DNA of 50,972 nucleotides from Prasinococcaceae sp. CCMP 1430 (taxonomy: Eukaryota; Plantae; Prasinodermophyta). The translations under genes and the position numbers were made by a program. The notes below the pieces were generated by a model, which was not told the DNA's origin, ran no database searches, and saw only the letters and a list, made by a program, of their open reading frames with translations. Numbering within the stretch: position 1 is the first letter of the stretch; each line of letters opens with the position of its first letter. Positions 10,981 to 19,400 of this stretch are shown in pieces. The stretch lies in contig RQSC01001207.1 in the NCBI GenBank assembly GCA_013416795.1, forward strand, positions 1 to 50,972, written 5' to 3'.

Positions 10981-11877
10981 ATGGCGCTTGCGTCGCCGTC
11001 GGAGGGCGTCCCGCTGGTCCCACGCCTCGTGCTGACGGGCATCTCGGCGGCAGCGTCCGAGACGGCGACCTTTCCCGTGGACATGGTGAAGACACGCCTG
11101 CAGATACAGGGCGAGGGCGGCACCGTGGTCGCGCGCGGAGCGCTCGGCATGGCAGCGCACATCGTGCGCACCGAGGGCTTGCGCGGACTCTACCCGGGGA
11201 TCGGCGCTGGCATCATGCGTCACCTGATCTACACGCCGGCGCGCATCGTGCTCTATGAGCAGATTCGCAATGGCGTCACGCCCGAAGATGGCTCAGCCTT
11301 GCCGCTCACGCAGAAGGCCGCGGTGGGCTTCGTGGCGGGTATCTCTGGGCAGGCCATCGCGTCGCCCGCCGACCTCGTCAAGGTGCGCATGCAGGCAGAT
11401 GCGCGCCTGCCGTTGGCAGAGAGGCGGTACACTGGCATGGCACACGCTTTCTCGTCCATCTACAAGAACGAGGGCGGCCTCGCGGGGCTCTGGCGGGGTG
11501 TTGGGCCCAACCTCTCGAGGGCGGGCCTCGTCAACATGGGCGAGCTCGCTTTCTACGACCAGGCGAAGCAGTTGGTGCTGAGCAGCCCGCACTTCGAGGA
11601 CAACGTGTACGCGCATACTGCCGCCAGTATCATATCGGGCCTGTTCGCGACGCTCTTCAGCTGCCCCGCGGATGTCGCCAAGTCGCGCATCATGAACGCG
11701 CCCACGGGAACGTACAGGGGCATCTTCGACTGCCTGGCGCAGACAGTGCGCAACGAGGGCTTCCTCGCGCTGTACAAGGGCTTCATGCCCACGTGGAGCA
11801 GGCTCGGTCCCTGGCAGTTCATCTTCTGGGTGAGCTACGAGCAGCTGCGGTCAGCCGCGGGGCTCGCAAGCTTCTAG
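10981..11877 (+). CDS. Mitochondrial carrier, uncoupling protein (UCP4/PUMP3-like)
   Basis: Three carrier signatures PVDMVKTRLQ, PADLVKVRMQ and PADVAKSRIM; RAGLVNMGELAFYD; FMPTWSRLGPW. Confidence 0.9.
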   Translation: MALASPSEGVPLVPRLVLTGISAAASETATFPVDMVKTRLQIQGEGGTVVARGALGMAAHIVRTEGLRGLYPGIGAGIMRHLIYTPARIVLYEQIRNGVTPEDGSALPLTQKAAVGFVAGISGQAIASPADLVKVRMQADARLPLAERRYTGMAHAFSSIYKNEGGLAGLWRGVGPNLSRAGLVNMGELAFYDQAKQLVLSSPHFEDNVYAHTAASIISGLFATLFSCPADVAKSRIMNAPTGTYRGIFDCLAQTVRNEGFLALYKGFMPTWSRLGPWQFIFWVSYEQLRSAAGLASF

Positions 11878-12081
11878 GTGCGCAGCCGGGGCAAGCTATA
11901 CATAGACGGGCACGGGTACACATTGGTAGTAGGATGGAAGATTCTTTTTGGTGTTGTTGGTTGGGTCTTGTTCGCTTGTGGTCGACAGGCTGTCGCCAGT
12001 GCATGAGCCCTCGCCCGCGGGGCCACGCGTATGCTTGCGTGCGCGCGTGCGATGCGCCGAGGGTTGGCCTAAAGGCAGTGT

Positions 12082-15003
12082 CTAGTGCGGAAGTGCTTCC
12101 AGCCCCTCGCAGAGGGCGCGGCGCACCGTTGCGAGACAGCGCAGCAGCTGCTCACGAGGGATGTGGTCGGCCGCGTACTTCAATCCCGCCAGTCGGCGTG
12201 CTGCCTCGAACTTGAGTGTGCGGCGCGCGTCCTCGCAATCGGTTCGGGCGCGCTGCTCGGCGCGCAGCTCGCGAGTCGCCCTCGCTTCGCCGACCGCGTC
12301 GGCGATTGCGCGCGCCGACGCCACCACGGAGTGAGGAAATCCGATCGCCTCTGCGAGGAGGAGCCCGTAATGCGATGAGGTCACCTCAGCGGATAGGCCA
12401 TCAGAAATTTCATAGCAGAAGTCCAACGTGCCCCCCTCGGCGCGGACAGCCATGGACGCGCACAGAGCGCCGGGGTACAGGTGCTGCAGGCGCGCCAAGC
12501 GATGTTCGTGTGTCGCCATGGCGGAGTACGCACCCGAGCCCATGAGCGCTTCCCCCACCGCCCACGATATCGCCAGGCTGTCGGCGTCGCTCGTGGCCCG
12601 GCCGAGCTCGTCAATCACTACCAGCGCCCTGTCAGAGAGGTTGTGCAGGCAGTAGGCCACCTCCTTCATCTCGAGTGAGAAACTGCTCGCATTGGACTCC
12701 AGGCAGTCGTCCACGCCAAGGCGCGTCAGCATACGGTCAGTCAGTCGGACGGACGCAGACTCCGCCGGCACCCAGCAGCCGATGTGTGCCATCAGGGTGC
12801 ACAGGCAGAGCGCGCGGAGATATGTCGTCTTGCCAGCGGCGTTGGGACCGCAGAGAATGAGAAGGCGCGTCTGCGGTGTCAGGAGGACGCTGTTGGGAAC
12901 ATAGCTGAAGATGTCCAGCGCAGACAGCACGGGGTGCCGCGCGCGGCGAATTGCCAGCGGTGCGTCCGATGCATCTAGCAGCGTTGGGCGGCAATACCCC
13001 TGCTCGCGCGAGACTACAGCGAGGCTGTTGACAAGCAGGTCCAGAAGGTTCATTGCCTCGGCTAGCTGACACAGCGGCCTGGCCGCTGATCGCACAGCCT
13101 CCAACAGTTGCGTTGCGGCTGCTACGGACCGCTGGAGCGCATTGTGCTTCGCCTCCATCATGCGAGCGTTCAGCTGCATGAGCTCGTGCGTCGTGCACTG
13201 CACGGTGGTGCCGCGTGTCGAAGAGTTCACGAAGCCTGGTGGCAACAAGCTGTCTCCCCACTCGTCAAGCACAGGTCCTTCCCGGTCGCGTGCGGGGCTG
13301 TCGCCGATTGTTCCATCCTCTTCAGCCTCCGGCATATCAGAGTCGCGTCCTTGCGGGCCACCGAATTCGCCGCCACCGCCGCTTGGTGCGCGACGCGGCG
13401 ATTTCATCATTTCCTGCCTGCGTGCTGTCTGGCAATCACGGAGCTCTTTGGCAGATACCTTGAGGTAGAAGCCGCGGCGCTGGTCGTAGGGCAGCTTGAG
13501 CGTGCGCAGACCAGTCTCGGCCCGATAGCGCTGCGCAGCCTCGTGGATCTGCTCGGTCGTCTCAGAGAAGAGCTGGCGTGCGAGGTCGAGGAGGCCATCA
13601 GCGCCTTGTTTCATTGCGTAGATGCACTGAACCTGCGACTGAAACGACTGCTTGGCGTGCAGCGCGTCATCCTCGACCTGCTCGTCGATGCGCTCGGAGA
13701 GCTTTCGAAGCGTCCCATGCGGGTCACAAAAGACTGAAGCAAGTGCGCGCAACAGGGCGCTGCGCGGAGCGTCGTCGTGTTCTGCGCCGCCACTGGTGCC
13801 AACGGTCGGGTCAGATTGCTGGTGTCCTTGTTGACGATGATCACTGACCATCGGGAACACGACGGCGAAAGCCTTGGCCACCACCGGCGCGCAGCGCACG
13901 GCAGACTTGACCTTGAGGAGGTCTGAGAGACGGGCGGACAGCGCAGCTTGTGACACTTGCGTGCCGGCGCGCGGAGGTGGCGCTGCTAGCCGCGCCACGA
14001 CGGTGTCGGCATCACTTGGGCAACGGGAGATCGCAGTGACAAGTGCTTGATGCAGCTCTGGCATCTCGAGAAGCTCAGCCACGGCATCTTGCCGCGTCAC
14101 GAGCGTGCTATGGTCGCGCAGAGGTTGCAACAAATTCGCTCGCAGGAGGCGCTTGCCGCCGGCTGTGACGAGCTGCGATCCCATCAGTTGGAATAGTGTC
14201 GCACACGGGGGGGTTGCTCCGGACGATGCCGCAGCCGAGCGCTCGCCGCCTTTGTGCGTCTGCGCATTGGAAGCCACGGTCGTGATTGGAGTGATGACCT
14301 CCAGCTCTGCCAGCGTCGTGCGGTCGATTACCATGTGTGCGCGCAGCGTGTCAAAGTTGATGGTGACAAGCTGGCCCGCGTCGGGCTGGAAGAGGTCGAC
14401 CCCCAGCTCTACCTGCGCGAATTGTGCAACTGCATGCGCTGCACCGAGGGCGAGGTACCAAGCCGAATGTTTTTCTGCGTGCGCCCGCTCGATTGGCTCG
14501 ACTGCGAGCGTGGCCACGAGCTCCCACCCCCTGGTGTCATCGAACGCGGAGCGCTTCATGGCCAATGCGATGGCTTGCAACGATGCGCATCGCTCGAGCA
14601 GGCCCGCGAGGTGCGTCTGGTGTTGCGCGCCTGCGCTTCCGTCGGCCGGCACGAGCAATGTCGAAGGGGCGTGCGAGTCGATTAGCGCCGAGGTTGTTCC
14701 CAAAACTCGGCTTGGCTCAATGATTTGATTCAACGAGAGACGCATTGTGTCGCAGTCGAGCGCCGCGACGCCCACCTCCCTGGCTCGGTTTGCGATGACG
14801 GCGACCACGCAGCGGCTCGCGGGCGCCCCGGCCGTACAGGCGCGGTCGCTCCCGTTGCCATCGCCATCGCCACGATGTCTGTCCATCGCCGGGGCAGCGC
14901 CTGCGCCCACCCCGTTTCCCCGCGCCGCGCCGGCGTGAGCCTCACCTGGCCCGGCATGCGGCTGCGTCGCCCGTGCAGGGACGCGGCCCGCGAGCGACGC
15001 CAT
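12082..15003 (-). CDS. MSH4: MutS homolog 4 (meiotic crossover protein)
   Basis: N-terminus VVAVIANRAREVGVAALD...LSLNQIIEPS, AFDDTRG and HMVIDRTTLAELE match plant MSH4. No mismatch-recognition domain I. MutS ATPase motifs GPNAAGKTTYL, SSFSLEMKE and VIDELGRATS. Start could be 15003 or 14886. Confidence 0.88.
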   Translation of the reverse strand: MASLAGRVPARATQPHAGPGEAHAGAARGNGVGAGAAPAMDRHRGDGDGNGSDRACTAGAPASRCVVAVIANRAREVGVAALDCDTMRLSLNQIIEPSRVLGTTSALIDSHAPSTLLVPADGSAGAQHQTHLAGLLERCASLQAIALAMKRSAFDDTRGWELVATLAVEPIERAHAEKHSAWYLALGAAHAVAQFAQVELGVDLFQPDAGQLVTINFDTLRAHMVIDRTTLAELEVITPITTVASNAQTHKGGERSAAASSGATPPCATLFQLMGSQLVTAGGKRLLRANLLQPLRDHSTLVTRQDAVAELLEMPELHQALVTAISRCPSDADTVVARLAAPPPRAGTQVSQAALSARLSDLLKVKSAVRCAPVVAKAFAVVFPMVSDHRQQGHQQSDPTVGTSGGAEHDDAPRSALLRALASVFCDPHGTLRKLSERIDEQVEDDALHAKQSFQSQVQCIYAMKQGADGLLDLARQLFSETTEQIHEAAQRYRAETGLRTLKLPYDQRRGFYLKVSAKELRDCQTARRQEMMKSPRRAPSGGGGEFGGPQGRDSDMPEAEEDGTIGDSPARDREGPVLDEWGDSLLPPGFVNSSTRGTTVQCTTHELMQLNARMMEAKHNALQRSVAAATQLLEAVRSAARPLCQLAEAMNLLDLLVNSLAVVSREQGYCRPTLLDASDAPLAIRRARHPVLSALDIFSYVPNSVLLTPQTRLLILCGPNAAGKTTYLRALCLCTLMAHIGCWVPAESASVRLTDRMLTRLGVDDCLESNASSFSLEMKEVAYCLHNLSDRALVVIDELGRATSDADSLAISWAVGEALMGSGAYSAMATHEHRLARLQHLYPGALCASMAVRAEGGTLDFCYEISDGLSAEVTSSHYGLLLAEAIGFPHSVVASARAIADAVGEARATRELRAEQRARTDCEDARRTLKFEAARRLAGLKYAADHIPREQLLRCLATVRRALCEGLEALPH

Positions 15004-15117
15004 CGCACGACACCAGCGGTGCCTCGACGAAACAAGTCGGCGCCTGGAGAAGGGGCTTGGGGGTTGGGGGTTGGGGGGTGGGGGGCGAAGGCTGACAAGA
15101 ACAAGGCAGATAGCGCC

Positions 15118-15981
15118 ATGCCCGCCGCGATGAAGCGTGATGTGCTCAAATGGCTGCAGTCGCTGGACCTCAGCCACAGAGTGAGCAACGTCAAGCGCGA
15201 TTTGCAGAACGGCTTCCTGGTCGCCGAGATCTGCTCGAGGTACTACGGCTCGGCGGTGCAGATGCACGCCTTCGACAACGGCGTGGGAAGCGCTGCCAAG
15301 GCCGACAACTGGGGGCAGCTGGTCAAGTTCTGCAAGCCGCGCGGCGTTCCGATTGACGCAGCGTCGGCCGCTGCCGCCTCCGACGGAGTCCCCGATGCTG
15401 CCATATCCCTGTTGGAGCGCCTCTACGAGTTCTTCACCAACCGCAAGCTTCAGGAGCTGCCACAGGAGGTAATCGAGGCGCAGGAAGCACAGCTTGCCGA
15501 GGCTGCACGTGCGCAGGCCGCCGATGCCAAGGCGAGGACCCGGAATGGGGTCAAGGGGCTCCAGACAGGTACGGCGCGCGCGTGAGAGGGGTACTGCAGC
15601 ACGTGCGTGCGACTACTGAGTGGTGCGTTTTTACGTGTTCCTTGTGGGCGCGGGCCGCCGTGCTGGCACACGTGTGCGCGCGGATGACCCTTGCTGTGCT
15701 TTGCTGACCCCCACCTGTGCCCAATTCACACAGCAACTGAGGCCCTTCCCACGCCCGCTGCGCCCACCGCCACTCAGGCGGAAGTCGCCAGCGCCGCCCC
15801 CGCCGGCGGCCTGCCCGCGTCAGGCGGCGCGCCTGTCGTGGTGCCACCTGGGGTTGACCCGCCGCTCTTTACGAGCCGGCCACTCGCCGCCGGCGTGGCG
15901 GGGCCGCCGAGCGTCCACTTCGGCGCGGTGCGCGTCACGCAGCTCGAGAGCGCCACCGAGGCCCGGCGGAGGCTCGCGTGA
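15118..15981 (+). CDS. SPATA4/SPEF1-like calponin-homology (CH_2) microtubule/cilia-associated protein, 2 exons (15118-15568, 15734-15981)
   Basis: RDVLKWLQSLDLS...RDLQNGFLVAEICSRYY...FDNG...KADNWGQL resembles the SPATA4 CH domain. Intron 15569-15733 is GT-AG with CTGAC, and the frame is maintained. Confidence 0.8.
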
Positions 15982-16483
15982 GCGGCGCGCAGCGGGCGGG
16001 CCGCCGCGCGCGATATTCCGTATTCTTCTAAAAAACGCCGACCCCTCTCGGTAAAAATAAACTCAAGTCGAACGCATTTGACTACGCATTTGATTGCGGG
16101 GAAATGAGCGCGAGACCCACTGGTATCGCGGCGCCGGCGCGCGCCCGCGCGCGCGCGTTGCCAAAAGCGGCATGTTCAGGCCCCAAACTGAAGGTTAGGG
16201 TATTGATTTGTTAGGGCTCAGATTGAGCTCGTGGGCGCGCGGCGCCTCGCTGCCCGGCGCTGCTGCTGCCAGAGCGCGCCCGCGCGGCGCGAGCGCCAGC
16301 TCTCCCTCGCCGCCGCCGACAGCCCGCGCAGCGCGGCCCGCCTGCCGCCGCTGCCGGCCGCCCTACGAGAGGGAGAGCGCGCGCCCGTGGTCGGGCGGTC
16401 GCCCGCCCGCGCGGCTGCTGCGGCCCTAGGAGTGCCATTCGACTCGCTGCGCTCAAGCAGCGCGGCTGGTCGCCGCTCGCGCC

Positions 16484-19400
16484 ATGTCGGGACTCGCAGC
16501 GTCGCCCACCGCGATGGCACACCCGGCGATGCACGCGTGGCGCTCCCCTTCGGATGCACAGAGCTCGCAGGGCGCGGACCGGACACACGGCGGCGCGCAC
16601 ACGGGCGGCGGAGCGGGTGGCCAGGGGATCACGCCGCCGCTCTCCGCTGCGGCGGCGTGCTGGCCCGCGCGGCCACCGGCGCATGAGGCGTGCTGCGTGT
16701 GCACCGTCGCGCGCCCGGATGGCGAGCCCGGCGCCAGTGGGGTGGGTGATGGCGTGGGCGCGTGGGTGTTCACGGGCGGCAGGGACGGAGTGGTGCTGCG
16801 GTGGGATGTCGAGGAGGCAAGCGGGGCTTCGAGCGAGGACCTGAGCGAGGGCGAGGGCGCGGCGCGGCGTATGTGGCCGGCGCTGGCCCTCTGCCGCCAC
16901 AGGGCGCCCGTGATGGACCTCGAGCCAATCGAAAGCACGAGCGCTGGCAGCGGCGCCGGGCTTGCAGAGGGGTCCGCGCTGCGCGGCGGCAAAGTCGACT
17001 CCATTCTGAGCTGCGCGGCCGACGGGGGCGTCCTACTATGGTCTGTATCAGACGGGCGATGCGTCGGAGCGTGCGTCTTGCTCCCGTCCGTGGGCTCACC
17101 GCGCGCTGCCAAGGCCTTACCATGCCGCAGCGGCGCGCCTTCCCCGCTCGCGGCGCTCGCGTGTGCGCGCAGCGACCACGGCGTCAACCGCGCCGGGGCC
17201 GCCGAGGGATGCGTGGTCATACTCAATTGCGATACGATGAGTGCGCTGCGGTACCTTGAGGCGCCGCTTAGCCTGCTCGCTCTCGAAGTGCATGTCATTC
17301 CGGGCGGGCCCCCACTGGGTGCCGGCAGCTACGAGACTGGCGATTGCACGGCCGCCAGTGCTGGGTCCGTTCCCGAGGATGAGTACGTGCTCGTGGCTGC
17401 TGGCGCATCCGACCGCACAGCTTGGTGCCTCGGCACATGGTCCGCACTCGTCACATCTGACCCTATCGCACCGGTGAACGAGGCAGGGAAGGACGCGAAA
17501 GGGGTCGCGGGGGAGAGCTCAGCGCGTGGTGGACGACCGTTGGAAGTGACTGACATGGTGGTGCCCCTGCCACATGCGTCGAGCGGTGGTCTGGCGTGGC
17601 CGACGCACGCGGGTGGCAATCGATGGGGCATACCTGCGGTTGCTGTCGCGCCGGGTGGTCAGGCGCTGGTGCGGCGCACCGCTCGCACCGTCACCGTGAC
17701 CTGGGCGCGCAACGGTGAAGTTATTGCCAGCTTGAGCGCCTCCAAGGCTGCCGCGGACATCGCGCGGCGGCTCGGGGCGAGCGAGGCTGCAGGCGATGAG
17801 AGCCGCTGGGCAGGCGCAATGGTCGTCGTTCTGCCCCTCAAAACGAGCGATGATGAGCTCATACATCTCCTCGCATGGCTTGCGGATGGCTCGGCAGTGG
17901 TGTACGAGCTGCCGCTCGCTTTGGGAGGCTGCCTGTCCCCAGCCAAGCCACATTGGGAAGGCACATGCGCACACTCTGGTGGACACAGCTTTATGGACAT
18001 GGAAATGGACATGGAAATGGACATGGACATGGATTTGAAGTTGGGAACGCTCGCCTCCGGTGGTGGCACTCAGCCGTTCCCAAAGCAACAAAGTTTGGCA
18101 GCCGACTCCGCGACAGAGGACTCGGCAGCGACGGACCCGCGCGTGTGCTGGGCGGTGGCCGGTGTGCGCCACTGCCAAGCAGTAGTATATGGCCAGACGG
18201 GCGACCACGTCTCGCGTTCGATCACTCGCGTCGCTGCACGCGATGCTGATGAGGACTGTCCCCCGACGCAGATCACGGAGACAACACTGTTTACGCTTGG
18301 TTCCGACGGTAGCCTCACACGGCTCGCTTCCTCTTGCCTTGCTGACGCGTGGGTCGATCGCACAGGCGACTCGGCGGAGCCTGCCAACGATTCATGCGAG
18401 GGAGCGATTGGAGCCTCGCAGTTGTCAGTGTGCACTGCGTTCCCCGCCGATGCGGGGCTGGATGCCGCTGGAGATTTGGACTATGAGATGGGCTGGCTTG
18501 TGGCGTGTGGGTATTCCAATGGAACCATCGCAGTTCATCAGCTGCCGGGTAGCATGCAGGGCAGCGATGCGCCGCTGTGCGTTTTGCAGGGCGCACATGA
18601 CAGTCGCGTGCGGTGCCTCGCGCCCTCGCGCCGCGCGCCACCGCGTGGCGCTGTCGCGGAAGAGAGGTGGGAGCGCTTGCTAGTTTCGAGCGGCGACGAC
18701 TGGACCGTGCGGGTGTGGGCTGCGCTCAATGGTGAGGCGCTGCTGTGCGTTTCCCCGCACGCAGGGCCGAGTGCGGCGCTTTTTGCTCCCCCATGCGACG
18801 CGCTCTTCAACTGGTCGCAGTGCATTGGCTCGATAGGCGAGGACGGTGGTGTGGCGCTCGTTTCTGTCGCGGACCACGGAGGCGGTGCACAGGGAGGTGG
18901 TTGCAACGAGGGGGATGCTGTCTTTCCGCGCACGGTGGTAGCGAGCTTTCCTGGCCATCCCTCGATGCCAGTGGATGGCGTGTGGGATGCTAGACGCGGT
19001 ATGCTTGCGTGCCTGTGCATCGATCGCGTGCGTGCGACTTTGGCCGAGGGCGGTGCGAGTGTCAGTCCGACCCAGCGGCAATCGCAGGAAGGCCCATCGA
19101 CTCCAGGCCACGGGATGGCCTACGCAGACGTCGCTGAGCACGAATGTGCGCAGGAGGGCTCTGCTGAGTGCCTGCTTGTGTGGGATGTGGACACGTCCAG
19201 CCTGCAGCGCGTCGTGCATGGCCGCGATGCATCCGCTCTGCTGTACCACCTCAAAGCGCGAGCGCGCGCATCCACGTCGGGCGGTAGTCCGGCCCGACAA
19301 GCAGGTGTGCGGCTGTCGAACCCACTGCACGTGTCGTCCCCCATGGGGGGCATGTGCGTGCTGGCGTGCAATGTGCCTCAGCTCCTCGCGCAGCCCGTGC

